NCBI GenBank assembly: GCA_963789185.1
Contig: CAWBJU010000020.1
Location: 47,304-111,303 of the forward strand
Direction of reading: 5' to 3'
Origin: an uncultured Acidobacteriota bacterium
Lineage (GTDB): Bacteria > Acidobacteriota > Blastocatellia > Pyrinomonadales > Pyrinomonadaceae
Length of the DNA stretch: 64,000 bases
Part shown: piece after piece, positions 28,656 through 38,103 of the stretch
How the letters are laid out: every line of letters starts with the position of its first letter
How positions within the stretch are numbered: position 1 is the stretch's first letter
Program-made: the position numbers and the translations under genes
Notes under the pieces: model-generated
Databases searched by the model: none
What the model was told of the DNA's origin: nothing
The model's input: only the letters and a program-made list of their open reading frames with translations

Positions 28656-29299
28656 CAAACTCCTTTCACGTCCGGGCCCCAAATGTACTTGTGCAGTTGC
28701 AACTGCATGCGAACTTTCAATCCACTTGCGGCGATCCAGTTAGCGAGTTGCTCCAGATCGATCTCTCCCCACGCAGGCGAGATCAGCACAGCGTGCGCAC
28801 GAGTTTGCAGATCGTATTCTTCGATCACTTTCTTTGCGTACAGCCAATCGCCTTCATCTGCGATGACAAACTTCACTTCGTCGAGATCTGCGCGCAGACG
28901 GTCGAGGTTGGACCAATCCTGCCGTGCTTCCTCGCCGGACGCGGGGCACTTGATGTCGAGAATCACTTTCGCCCGCGGATCCAAACCGGCTGTCGAAACG
29001 TAACCGCCAGTTTCAATAAGAACTTCAAAACCTTCGTCGCAGAGACGCGCGATCAAATCGAATGCCTCTTTCTGCGCGAGCGGCTCGCCCCCTGTTACTT
29101 CAACCAGGTTCACGCCGAACGCGCGCACCTGGTCCATCACCGCGTTCTGCGACATGTGGTCGCCGCCCGTGAAGGTGTATTCGCTATCGCACCACACGCA
29201 CCGCATCGGACAGCCCGTTAGCCGCACAAACGTGCACGGACGGCCCGCGTGGGTCGATTCACCTTGAATCGAGCGAAAGATTTCAGTGACGCGTACCAT
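28655..29299 (-). CDS. queE: 7-carboxy-7-deazaguanine synthase QueE (radical SAM)
   Basis: IFRSIQGESTHAGRPCTFVRLTGCPMRCVWCDSEYTF (CxxxCxxC cluster motif). Confidence 0.9.
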   Translation of the reverse strand: MVRVTEIFRSIQGESTHAGRPCTFVRLTGCPMRCVWCDSEYTFTGGDHMSQNAVMDQVRAFGVNLVEVTGGEPLAQKEAFDLIARLCDEGFEVLIETGGYVSTAGLDPRAKVILDIKCPASGEEARQDWSNLDRLRADLDEVKFVIADEGDWLYAKKVIEEYDLQTRAHAVLISPAWGEIDLEQLANWIAASGLKVRMQLQLHKYIWGPDVKGV

Positions 29300-29301
29300 G
29301 G

Positions 29302-30333
29302 TTGACGAGCGAGTTTCTGAATCTAGCTCAGCCCTACTTGCGTGTCAAAAGACGAGTTTCTGCATCAAACTCTGGGTTGAGAGTGATAGGATTAGGCCGA
29401 AATTTGAGACTTCCCGTGGAATCCAGACGCCGCGAAATCGAAACTCTGCTGAACGAGGGCGCGGAACAGTTGCTCGCCCGGGCCGAGGACCGTCGTTCGC
29501 TTGGCAGCGACTGTCTGGTAACTCGGATCCGCGGCGCGGTTGAGAAGTATCTCTTACGGGACGATCCGAATGCGCCCGACACGGAGATCGCGAAGTTTAT
29601 CGATGAACTTCAGGCGGATGATTTGTGTTTGATCATCGCGTGTGAACGCGGTGACGAAAAGGCCTGGACGGAGCTTGTCGAGCGCTTTAAACCGACCGTC
29701 CGCTCAGCGGCCCGCTCCGCGAGTTCGAACGAAGATGCGGCCGAAGATCTCGCCCAGTCAATCTGGGCGGAACTCTACGGATTGCGCACTCGCAACGACG
29801 GACGGCCCGCAAGTAAGCTCGCGTACTATTCGGGTCGCGGTTCGCTCGCAGGTTGGCTGCGCGCGGTGGTTGCGCAGTTAGCGGTTGACGTGTTTAGAAA
29901 ACAGTCGAAGCTGGTACAAACTGAAGAGGACGCCGATCTCGATCGACTCGCGCAGGAAGTGCAGGTTGCGCAAGGTCAGCCTGCGCTGGCAGAAATGCAG
30001 AACCCCGAGGAGTCGATGTCGAATCGATTCGCCCGCGGCGAGATGCAGCAGGCGTTGAACAGATCGGTGCAGGAGCTTAGCGCGGAGGATCGATTGCTCG
30101 TGAAGCTTTACTACTTCGACAATCTGCGATTGCGCGAGGCTGGAGCGGTGCTCGGCGTCCACGAAGCGACTGCGAGTCGTCGTTTGACTCGGATACAGAC
30201 TGACCTGCGCAAACGCGTGAGTGAAATTCTGGTTAGCGAGCGGGGTTGGACAAAGGCGGAAGCCGAAGCTTCCTTTTCCGAGGTGGGGCAGCAGCTCGAC
30301 ACGGATGTCGAGGCGCTTTTAAACCAAAGATGA
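29302..30333 (+). CDS. ECF-type sigma-70 family RNA polymerase sigma factor (start uncertain)
   Basis: Region 2 DLAQSIWAELY. Region 4 LREAGAVLGVHEATASRRLTRIQTDLRKRV. There is no in-frame ATG near the 5' end; plausible TTG/GTG starts lie at 29377-29416. Confidence 0.8.
   Translation: MTSEFLNLAQPYLRVKRRVSASNSGLRVIGLGRNLRLPVESRRREIETLLNEGAEQLLARAEDRRSLGSDCLVTRIRGAVEKYLLRDDPNAPDTEIAKFIDELQADDLCLIIACERGDEKAWTELVERFKPTVRSAARSASSNEDAAEDLAQSIWAELYGLRTRNDGRPASKLAYYSGRGSLAGWLRAVVAQLAVDVFRKQSKLVQTEEDADLDRLAQEVQVAQGQPALAEMQNPEESMSNRFARGEMQQALNRSVQELSAEDRLLVKLYYFDNLRLREAGAVLGVHEATASRRLTRIQTDLRKRVSEILVSERGWTKAEAEASFSEVGQQLDTDVEALLNQR
29320..29348 (-). promoter_or_regulatory. Candidate sigma-70 promoter of queE-queC
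   Basis: The minus strand reads TTGACA-N17-TAGATT, ending about 20 nt upstream of the queE ATG. It lies inside the first codons of the plus-strand ORF 29302-30333, so that gene probably starts later. Confidence 0.5.
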
Positions 30334-30382
30334 TGCGCGCCCGCGTGCAAGGTATGGTGAAACGTACGTTCTTTAACTGGAG

Positions 30383-31585
30383 ATGAGACCCGAACCAAAC
30401 AACGATATTGATCTGTTATTGCGCCAGCTAAACCGGCGAAACGGCGTTCCTGTCTCAGAAATTGACGAGCCGCATCTGGATGCCGACGAGTTGAATTCGT
30501 ATGTTGCGAACGCGTTGCCGGCAGCGGCACGTGCGCGCTACACCGCGCATCTTGCTGATTGCTCGGGTTGTCGAAAACTGGTGGTGGAACTGAGCGCGGC
30601 GCATGGGCCGGTTGTGCAACCAAGCCAGCCTGTAATCGCACCCTCGGGGTTGAGGAGTTTTCTTGCGAGCCTGTTTTCGCCGACGGTGATGCGGTATGCC
30701 GTGCCGGCGGTCGGGTTGATGTTAATCGCGGTGATCGGAGTTGTTGTCATGTTGCGCCAGGACGCGAGACGCAGTTCGGTTGCGCAGTTGAATGAAAGCG
30801 AAAACAGAACCGCGACCGCACAGCCAGAATCGACGTCCGGATCCGCGTCGCCTGGTGGTGATGCAGCTGTCCAAACCAATGAAGCGCAACGTCAACCTGT
30901 GGCTCAGGCCGCGAAAGAAGATGCAGTAGCGAGAGCTGCTCCAGTCACGAAAGAAGCTCCTCCAGTCGTAGCGAACCAAGCGAACCAACCGGGCGACGCA
31001 GCTGGTGCTGTCGCGGCAGAAGCGCCGCCACCACCAGCACCGAAAGTAGCTCAGACTGATGATTCAACAGCCCGCGCGGAAGTTGACAAGGTAAAAAAAC
31101 AAGAAGCGCCGAAAGCGTTGGCGGCGGCTGATGAGGCGAAAGAGCGCGCCGCGGAAGCGGACAAGAATGCACCTCCGAAAAAAGCAGGCGAGGTCGTGAC
31201 TGTTACTCCCGGAACGACTACCCGAAGAGACATAGCCGTTCGCAGTGCGAAAAGCACCGAATCCGCGACCGTCACCGGCAGCGCCAGCGCCGGTCAGGAC
31301 GCAAAGCGCGCGCCCGCCGCTGGAAGAGGACAATCGCGCGAAGAGTTCAAAGACTCAGAACGCGAAGCCGAAGTGCGCTCTGTCGCTGGTCGCCGCTTCC
31401 GCAAGAGCGGCCGTGTTTGGATCGACACCGCTTACGACGATTCGAAGCCGATCATGACCGTGCGGCGCGACTCGGAGCAGTACCGTGTGCTCGTTGCCGA
31501 CGAGCCGTCCATTCGCAGGATCGCCGACGAACTCGACGGCGAAATAGTAGTCGTCTGGAAAGGTCGCACCTACCGTATCCGCTAA
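30383..31585 (+). CDS. Anti-sigma factor (zf-HC2-like, single TM, Ala/Pro/Lys-rich extracytoplasmic region)
   Basis: HLADCSGCRKLV motif and TM VPAVGLMLIAVIGVVVML. It starts 49 nt after the sigma gene. Confidence 0.7.
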   Translation: MRPEPNNDIDLLLRQLNRRNGVPVSEIDEPHLDADELNSYVANALPAAARARYTAHLADCSGCRKLVVELSAAHGPVVQPSQPVIAPSGLRSFLASLFSPTVMRYAVPAVGLMLIAVIGVVVMLRQDARRSSVAQLNESENRTATAQPESTSGSASPGGDAAVQTNEAQRQPVAQAAKEDAVARAAPVTKEAPPVVANQANQPGDAAGAVAAEAPPPPAPKVAQTDDSTARAEVDKVKKQEAPKALAAADEAKERAAEADKNAPPKKAGEVVTVTPGTTTRRDIAVRSAKSTESATVTGSASAGQDAKRAPAAGRGQSREEFKDSEREAEVRSVAGRRFRKSGRVWIDTAYDDSKPIMTVRRDSEQYRVLVADEPSIRRIADELDGEIVVVWKGRTYRIR

Positions 31586-31620
31586 ATCCGCGGTCCAATC
31601 AGTGTTAAATTAGGGAAGCC

Positions 31621-33054
31621 ATGAAGCCCACAACACTGCTTGCTCGCGCGCTCTTTTGTCTACTCGTCTTTTCGTTCACGGCAAACATCGACGTCGTTGC
31701 ACAACAACGCACGCCAGTTGCGCGCAATCGCACGATCGCGGCGGTGGTGCGCGACATCGACGCGCGTAACATCGAGCAATCGATACGCAAGCTCGTCTCG
31801 TTCGGTACACGCAATACTTTGTCGGAACAGAACGATCCGAAACGAGGCATCGGCGCCGCACGCGACTGGCTGTACGCGGAATTCTTGAAAGCAGCCGAAT
31901 CGTCAGGCGGGCGAATGACTGTTGAGAAGCAGTCATACGAGCAGGCCAAAGCGCAGCGCGTGCCGCAGCCGACGATCATCACAAACGTTGTTGCGACGTT
32001 GAAGGGTACACAGCCCGAATCGTCCGAGCGCATTTACGTCGTCAGCGGTCACTACGATTCGATGTGCAACAGCACAACCGACGCGAAGTGCGACGCGCCC
32101 GGCGCGAACGACGACGCGTCCGGAACTGCGGCGGTGCTCGAGATGGCGCGTGTGATGGCGAAGCATCAGTTTGAAGCCACGATCGTTTTCATGGCCGTCG
32201 CGGGCGAAGAGCAGAGTCTCCTAGGCTCGACTCACTACGCAGAACAAGCCAAGCAGAAGAACTGGAACATCGACGCGATGTTTACCAACGACATCATCGG
32301 TAACACGCTCGGTGGAAACGGCGTGCGAGATCGTAGCAACGTGCGCGTGTTTTCTGAGGGCGTGCCATCGAACGAAACGCCCGCCGAAGCGAACACACGA
32401 CGCAGCGTCGGCGGCGAGAATGATTCCGCATCGAGACAGTTGGCGCGCTTCATCAAGGAGACGAGCGAACGTTACGTGCCGCAGATGAAAGTGATGATGG
32501 TCTATCGTCGCGATCGATACGGTCGTGGCGGCGATCACATCCCGTTTCTCGAGCGCGGTTATCCCGCGGTCCGCTTCACGGAAGTGCACGAAGACTTCCG
32601 GCATCAACATCAGAACGTGCGCGTGGAGAATGGCGTGCAGTTTGGTGACCTGCCTGAGTTTGTCGACTTTGCTTACGTAGCTAATGTGGCGCGTGTGAAT
32701 GCGGCGTCGCTAGCGATGCTGGCACTCGCGCCGTCGAGACCGAAAGGCGTGACGATTCTGTCGGCGCGCTTGTCTCACGATACCGACCTGCGTTGGGAAG
32801 CGAACAAGGAACCGGACCTCGCGGGTTATGAGATAGTTTGGCGCGATACCACGGCGGCCGTTTGGACCAATTCGCGAACCGTCGGGAAGGTCACGACGTT
32901 TACGATGAAGGGCATGTCGAAGGACAACTACTTTTTCGGCGTTCGCGCTATAGATAAGGACGGAAATCGCAGCCCGGTGACGTATCCGCGCCCGCAGGCC
33001 CGGCAGCAACCAGCGGATCGCACGACCTCGACGACAACCTCAGCCGATCCATAA
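31621..33054 (+). CDS. M28 family metallopeptidase with a C-terminal FN3-like domain
   Basis: Signal peptide; VSGHYDSM, GANDDASGTAAVLEMARV, AGEEQSLLGS, GGDHIPF. The C-terminus DLAGYEIVWRD...YFFGVRAIDKDGNRSP looks FN3-like. Confidence 0.85.
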   Translation: MKPTTLLARALFCLLVFSFTANIDVVAQQRTPVARNRTIAAVVRDIDARNIEQSIRKLVSFGTRNTLSEQNDPKRGIGAARDWLYAEFLKAAESSGGRMTVEKQSYEQAKAQRVPQPTIITNVVATLKGTQPESSERIYVVSGHYDSMCNSTTDAKCDAPGANDDASGTAAVLEMARVMAKHQFEATIVFMAVAGEEQSLLGSTHYAEQAKQKNWNIDAMFTNDIIGNTLGGNGVRDRSNVRVFSEGVPSNETPAEANTRRSVGGENDSASRQLARFIKETSERYVPQMKVMMVYRRDRYGRGGDHIPFLERGYPAVRFTEVHEDFRHQHQNVRVENGVQFGDLPEFVDFAYVANVARVNAASLAMLALAPSRPKGVTILSARLSHDTDLRWEANKEPDLAGYEIVWRDTTAAVWTNSRTVGKVTTFTMKGMSKDNYFFGVRAIDKDGNRSPVTYPRPQARQQPADRTTSTTTSADP

Positions 33055-33102
33055 TTGGTGTTTTTTCGACCAACGGTGCGGGTGCGCCGTCTAACGATTG
33101 TT

Positions 33103-34815
33103 ATGAAAAGTTTCCTAAGAAAAACCGCCGTGCTTTCGCTAATTGCGGCCATCGTGGGCACGCAGTCGATCGTTTCGTTCTCAAAAACGCCGCGTCTCAC
33201 CGAGGAGCAGCGCATCGTCCATGTACTGAATCGACTCGGTTTTGGCCCCCGGCCCGGCGACGTCGAGCGCATCAAATCTATCGGTCTCGAGAATTACATC
33301 AACCAGCAACTGGCGCCGGAAAAGATCGCCGACACGTTAGCGGAAAACAAGACGCAGGATCTCAGCGCGTTGAAGATGTCGACCGCCGAGCTGTACGAGA
33401 AATATCCGCAACCGGCGCAACTTATCCGCCGGATGCAAGAGCGCGGAATGTTGCCCAAGGAGCTCTCCGACGCCAAGGGCGATCAGAAGAACCCGCAGGA
33501 GAATCCCGAGTACCGTAAGTTGATCCAGGAATTCTACAAAGAAAACGGTCTCGAACAGCCGCAACGCATCATCGCGCAACTCCAGGCATTTCGAATTCTT
33601 CGCGCAGTCTACAGCGAACGACAGTTACAGGAAGTGATGGTCGACTTCTGGACCAACCACTTCAACATCTTCTTCGGCAAGGGCGCGGATCGGTGGTTAC
33701 TCCCCGCTTACGATCGCGACACGATTCGCCCGCACGCGATGGGAAAGTTTTCCAGTCTGCTACAAGCTACCGCGCAGAGTCCGGCGATGCTTTTTTATCT
33801 CGACAACTTCCAGAGCGTGAGTCCAAATGCTAATAGCGGCCGGGCGCAGGAGATGATGATGAACGCGCAGCAGCGACCGCGTCGCGGCATCAACGAAAAC
33901 TATGCGCGCGAGTTGATGGAGCTGCACACACTCGGCGTCGATGGTGGTTACACGCAGAAAGACGTGACGGAAGTTGCGCGATGCTTCACCGGTTGGACCA
34001 TCTTTCAACCGCGCGGGGGCGCCGCTGCCGTCAACGCACTCGCTGGCGAAGAAGCCCGGACGCGGCGAAACACTGCAAGACCCGCGGGTTCGTTCTTCTT
34101 CAACATGCGAACGCATGACGACGGCGAGAAAGTTGTTCTCGGTAACAAAATTCCCGCCGGTGGCGGTTTCAACGACGGACTGAAGGTGCTCGACATTCTT
34201 GCGCGTCATCCGTCGACCGCGAAGTTTATCGCGACCAAACTCGTGCGCCATTTTGTTGCCGACAATCCACCGCCAGCGTTGGTCAATCGCGTCGCAGCTG
34301 CTTTTACAAAGAGCGACGGTGACATTCGCGAGACGCTGAAAGTGATCTTTTTCTCAAACGAGTTTTATTCGCCTGAAGCACATCGTGCAAAAGTGAAGCG
34401 ACCGTTTGAACTTGCCGTCAGCGCGATTCGCGTTTTGGGCGCCGACACCAATGGTGGACCAGGCACGCATCAATGGATCGCGCGCATGGGCGAACCCCTT
34501 TACGGTTTCCAGACTCCGAACGGTTATTCCGATGCCGCGGAGAGTTGGGTCAACACCGGCGGTTTGCTCGAACGCATGAATTTCGGCGTTGCTTTGGCGG
34601 GTAATCGAGTTCAGGGAACCAAAGTCGACCTGGCGCAAGTCGTGAAGCAGAACACCAACAAAAACAAAATGGTAGACGAGTCTTTACGAACGATTCTCGC
34701 GGGAGAAGTATCTTCTGCGACCAGGGATTCGTTGAGGAAAAAGGTAGACCCGGCTGATCCGGTTACGAAGGTCGTGGGATTAATATTGGGCTCGCCCGAG
34801 TTTCAAAGGCAGTAG
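33103..34815 (+). CDS. DUF1800 domain-containing protein
   Basis: The ATG at 33103 gives the signal peptide MKSFLRKTAVLSLIAAIVG. Family motifs DFWTNHFNIF and ELHTLGVDGGYTQKDV. Confidence 0.85.
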   Translation: MKSFLRKTAVLSLIAAIVGTQSIVSFSKTPRLTEEQRIVHVLNRLGFGPRPGDVERIKSIGLENYINQQLAPEKIADTLAENKTQDLSALKMSTAELYEKYPQPAQLIRRMQERGMLPKELSDAKGDQKNPQENPEYRKLIQEFYKENGLEQPQRIIAQLQAFRILRAVYSERQLQEVMVDFWTNHFNIFFGKGADRWLLPAYDRDTIRPHAMGKFSSLLQATAQSPAMLFYLDNFQSVSPNANSGRAQEMMMNAQQRPRRGINENYARELMELHTLGVDGGYTQKDVTEVARCFTGWTIFQPRGGAAAVNALAGEEARTRRNTARPAGSFFFNMRTHDDGEKVVLGNKIPAGGGFNDGLKVLDILARHPSTAKFIATKLVRHFVADNPPPALVNRVAAAFTKSDGDIRETLKVIFFSNEFYSPEAHRAKVKRPFELAVSAIRVLGADTNGGPGTHQWIARMGEPLYGFQTPNGYSDAAESWVNTGGLLERMNFGVALAGNRVQGTKVDLAQVVKQNTNKNKMVDESLRTILAGEVSSATRDSLRKKVDPADPVTKVVGLILGSPEFQRQ

Positions 34816-34822
34816 GAGTGAA

Positions 34823-36085
34823 GTGATGAATCGCAGGTTTTTTCTGAAGTCAGGAAGTATTGCGTTGGCGAGCGTGGGCATGTCGCTTTCGGCGCCGTCG
34901 TTTCTCGAACGCGTCGTGATGGGCCGCGAAGCGAGCGCCGCCGGCGGCCGCCGCAAAGTTCTGATCGCGATCTTCCAGCGTGGCGCTGTTGACGGACTGA
35001 ACATGGTCGTGCCGTTTGGCGAGTCGAACTATTACAACGCTCGCCCGTCGATTGCGATTCCGAAACCCGCATCAGGAAATGCGGAGTCGGCAATCGATCT
35101 CGACGGCTTTTTCGGTCTGCATCCATCGATGCGGTCGTTCAAACCATTGTGGGACTCGCAGCGGTTGGCGATCGTTCACGCCTCCGGTTCTCCTGACAAC
35201 TCTCGCTCGCATTTCGACGCGCAAGACTACATGGAATCGGCAACGCCCGGAGTGAAGTCGACCGCCGACGGCTGGCTCAATCGATACCTGCAAGCGAAGA
35301 AGGATTCCAAGCAAACATCCTTCCGCGCGGTGTCGATGACACGGAATATGCCGCGCGTGTTGATGGGACGCGCTCCTTCGATTGCAATGGCGAACCTGAA
35401 CGAGTTTTCCATTCGTGCAGGTAAGGCGTCGGCAAACGTGCAGAGCGGCTTCGAAGAGATTTATGCGCAGCAGAATAAAGACGTCATTGCGAAAACGGGT
35501 CGTGAGACGTTTGATGCCGTCAATTATTTGAAGCAGGCCGATCCCGGAAAATACAAACCCGAGAATGGCGCGGAGTATCCGAATGGTCCATTCGGCAATT
35601 CACTCCGCCAGATTGCCCAATTGATCAAGGCTGACGTTGGTCTGGAGATCGCGTTCACCGACATGGGCCAATGGGACACGCATGTAAACCAGGGTAGCAG
35701 TCGCGGTCAGCTCGCGAACCTCTTGAGCCAGTTCAGCGTGGGAATCGCCGCACTTTATCAGGACCTGGGCCAGCGAATGGACGACGTCGTGATTCTAACG
35801 ATGTCGGAGTTTGGCCGAACGGTGAGAGAGAACGGCAACCGCGGCACAGATCACGGACATGCAAACGCGATTTTTGTGATGGGTAATTCAGTGCGTGGCG
35901 GAAAGGTTTACGGACGCTGGCCGGGATTGAAGGACGATCAGCTTTTCGAAGGCCGCGACCTCGCGTTGACGACTGACTTCCGTGAGGTGTTTGGCGAGAT
36001 TGCCATCAGCCACCTCGGAGCCACGAACATAAAATCGGTGTTTCCTGGTTACCACCTTACGCGGCCGAACCGGTTAATCACGTAA
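34823..36085 (+). CDS. DUF1501 domain-containing protein (Tat-exported, sulfatase-like fold family)
   Basis: Twin-arginine-like N-terminus MNRRFFLKSGSIALASVG and the motif GTDHGHAN. It starts 7 nt after the DUF1800 gene, the usual pairing. Confidence 0.85.
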   Translation: MMNRRFFLKSGSIALASVGMSLSAPSFLERVVMGREASAAGGRRKVLIAIFQRGAVDGLNMVVPFGESNYYNARPSIAIPKPASGNAESAIDLDGFFGLHPSMRSFKPLWDSQRLAIVHASGSPDNSRSHFDAQDYMESATPGVKSTADGWLNRYLQAKKDSKQTSFRAVSMTRNMPRVLMGRAPSIAMANLNEFSIRAGKASANVQSGFEEIYAQQNKDVIAKTGRETFDAVNYLKQADPGKYKPENGAEYPNGPFGNSLRQIAQLIKADVGLEIAFTDMGQWDTHVNQGSSRGQLANLLSQFSVGIAALYQDLGQRMDDVVILTMSEFGRTVRENGNRGTDHGHANAIFVMGNSVRGGKVYGRWPGLKDDQLFEGRDLALTTDFREVFGEIAISHLGATNIKSVFPGYHLTRPNRLIT

Positions 36086-36708
36086 AGCATAAACGCTGCG
36101 ATTACTGACACTGTAACTGCAAGAGTAAACGCTTCGTTATCACGTCCCGCCTGGACCGCGTCGTAAATGGCCACAGACGCAGTTTGCGTCTTGCCGGGAA
36201 TGTTTCCGGCGATCATGATCGTCACCCCAAAATCACCGAGGGCGCGCGCGAATGCGAGTGCCGTCGCCGCCAGCACACCTCTCGACGCCAACGGCAGCGT
36301 CACTCGAAGAAATATCCGCCGATTGTCGAGACCCAGCGTTCGTGCAGCCGCTTCGAGGTCCGTGTTGACTCCTTCAAACGCTGCGCGGAGACTCTTCGTC
36401 ACGAGTGGTAGCGCATGGATCGACGCGGCAATGATCGCGGCGGTAACGGTGAACGTGAGTCGAATGCCGAAATTGCGGTAGAGAAATCCGCCGATTGTTG
36501 ATCGTGTGCCGAGTAAAACCAGCAGGTAATAGCCGAGAACAGTAGGCGGCAGTACGAGCGGCAGCGTGACCAGCGCATCGACCACGTTTCGGCCGGGAAA
36601 GCGTTTGCGTGCGAGCACCCACGCTAAGCCCGAACCGGCCACCAATGCGATCAGTGTCGCCGCCGTAGCAACGGCGAAGGAAAGCCTGATGGGGAACCAG
36701 TCGATCAC
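36049..36708 (-). CDS. modB: Molybdate ABC transporter permease ModB
   Basis: LPLVLPPTVLGYYLL and EAA loop LEAAARTLGLDNRRIFLRVTLPLA. GTG start at 36708. Confidence 0.85.
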   Translation of the reverse strand: MIDWFPIRLSFAVATAATLIALVAGSGLAWVLARKRFPGRNVVDALVTLPLVLPPTVLGYYLLVLLGTRSTIGGFLYRNFGIRLTFTVTAAIIAASIHALPLVTKSLRAAFEGVNTDLEAAARTLGLDNRRIFLRVTLPLASRGVLAATALAFARALGDFGVTIMIAGNIPGKTQTASVAIYDAVQAGRDNEAFTLAVTVSVIAAFMLYVINRFGRVRW

Positions 36709-37324
36709 GGGATTCTGGCGACGGAAACTTGCGCTGATTTATAGACGGGTTGAAACGAATCCGCAACATGATACAGGAAAACAGGGTTCCCACGATCATG
36801 CCGCAGAGGTCCCACTGTAGATCGGTTGCGGTGTCGTATTTACTCCAGATTCGCTGGCCTCCGAAGTAAACTTCATCCCACAGTTCGATGATCTCGTAAG
36901 CCGCGGAGAGACTGAATACGACTGTTGCTGCGAAGAACGCAGTCAGCTTGAGTGGCAGTGGGTAGCCGAACTCGTGAAGCAAACGTGTGACGAACCAGAC
37001 GATGATTGGACTGACAAGCACCTGCACCGTGAGGTGTGAGAATTCGTCGTACTGCATTGGTCCAAACTGGCTGCCGTACATGCGAAAGTAATTTCCCAGC
37101 GCGTCGACTTGCAACGCGGCGAACACCAGGCCCAGCAACACGAGAGGAACACGCAGGTTGAGCCGCTTGCGCACGTACCAGTAAAAGATTCCGAGAAACG
37201 CGACGGCGAAGAGCGTGTTGAAGGCGAGTGACAGGTAACACATCTTCGTCAGGAACGCGGCGCCCGCGAAGAGGGCCAGCATCACGAGGGGTACTTCGAG
37301 TTTGTGTAATAGAGTTGGCTTCAC
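36374..37324 (-). CDS. Polytopic membrane protein, family not recognised; the last ~110 codons overlap modB and are probably artefactual
   Basis: The first ~205 aa are membrane-like (5-6 helices; motifs YDEFSHL, ELWDE, DLQWDLCG). The remainder is an Arg-rich read-through across modB in another frame. Confidence 0.5.
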   Translation of the reverse strand: MKPTLLHKLEVPLVMLALFAGAAFLTKMCYLSLAFNTLFAVAFLGIFYWYVRKRLNLRVPLVLLGLVFAALQVDALGNYFRMYGSQFGPMQYDEFSHLTVQVLVSPIIVWFVTRLLHEFGYPLPLKLTAFFAATVVFSLSAAYEIIELWDEVYFGGQRIWSKYDTATDLQWDLCGMIVGTLFSCIMLRIRFNPSINQRKFPSPESRDRLVPHQAFLRRCYGGDTDRIGGRFGLSVGARTQTLSRPKRGRCAGHAAARTAAYCSRLLPAGFTRHTINNRRISLPQFRHSTHVHRYRRDHCRVDPCATTRDEESPRSV

Positions 37325-37348
37325 GTTAATATCCCGTTTCGAGAGTCG

Positions 37349-38098
37349 ATGAAATCCCTCAAGCCCAAGGTCCTGCGGTTCGAGTCGTTGCCTTCCACGA
37401 ACACTGAACTGGCGCGGCTGGCGTCAGAAGGCGCCGGGGAGGGCCTCTCGATAGTTGCGGATGAGCAAACGGCGGGCCGGGGTCGTTTGCAACGGCCGTG
37501 GTCCTCGCCGCGTGGCGCGGGCCTGTATTTCAGCATTCTTTTGCAGCCGGCAATCGCCGTAGATCGGTGGCCGTTGATAGTGTTTGTGGCGGCGCTGGCG
37601 GTGGGTGATGCGTTGAGCGAGGCGTGCGACGTCGATACTGATATCAAGTGGCCCAACGATCTTCTTTCAGGTGAGCGAAAAATCTGCGGGATACTTGCTG
37701 AGACGGTCGAGACTCCGGGCGGTCGTGCGGTGATCGTCGGCATCGGCATTAATCTTACTGCGCACGCTTATCCGGTTGAACTGTCTCAGGTGGCGACTTC
37801 GATAGCAGAAGCGTCAGTCCGTGCGCCTGAACGCGAAACTGTGCTGGCTGCGCTGTTGCGCGCGCTGTCGCGCTGGTACTCATTGCTGCACGAAGTCGAT
37901 GGCCGTGAGAGGATCGTCGCCGCCTGGACCAGTCGCTCGTCTTATGCCGACGGAAAGAGCGTGCAAGTGGCGAACGGCGATGAGGTCTGGCAAGGTATCA
38001 CTCGCGGCGTGGAGAGTGACGGCGCCCTCCGCCTCGAAACCACAGATGGGATGAAAATAGTGCGAGCCGGAGACGTAAGTATTAGAGCTAGCCAATAG
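37349..38098 (+). CDS. birA: Biotin-[acetyl-CoA-carboxylase] ligase BirA (no N-terminal HTH)
   Basis: GRGRLQRPWSSPRGAGLYFSILL and KWPNDLL. Confidence 0.85.
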   Translation: MKSLKPKVLRFESLPSTNTELARLASEGAGEGLSIVADEQTAGRGRLQRPWSSPRGAGLYFSILLQPAIAVDRWPLIVFVAALAVGDALSEACDVDTDIKWPNDLLSGERKICGILAETVETPGGRAVIVGIGINLTAHAYPVELSQVATSIAEASVRAPERETVLAALLRALSRWYSLLHEVDGRERIVAAWTSRSSYADGKSVQVANGDEVWQGITRGVESDGALRLETTDGMKIVRAGDVSIRASQ

Positions 38099-38103
38099 AG
38101 TCA

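Noticed and set aside
29300-29420. Possible preQ1 riboswitch upstream of queE-queC
   Set aside because: The leader from the predicted promoter is only about 20 nt, and I see no preQ1-type hairpin or A-rich tail. The only feature is a direct repeat AGAAACTCG.
36700-36800. Idea that the third-frame peptide ending at the GTGA overlap with modB (…FQPVYKSAQVSVARIP-stop) is the relic C-terminus of modA
   Set aside because: The sequence does not resemble ModA C-termini, which end shortly after the YGF motif. It is more simply explained as the shifted end of the upstream membrane-protein gene.
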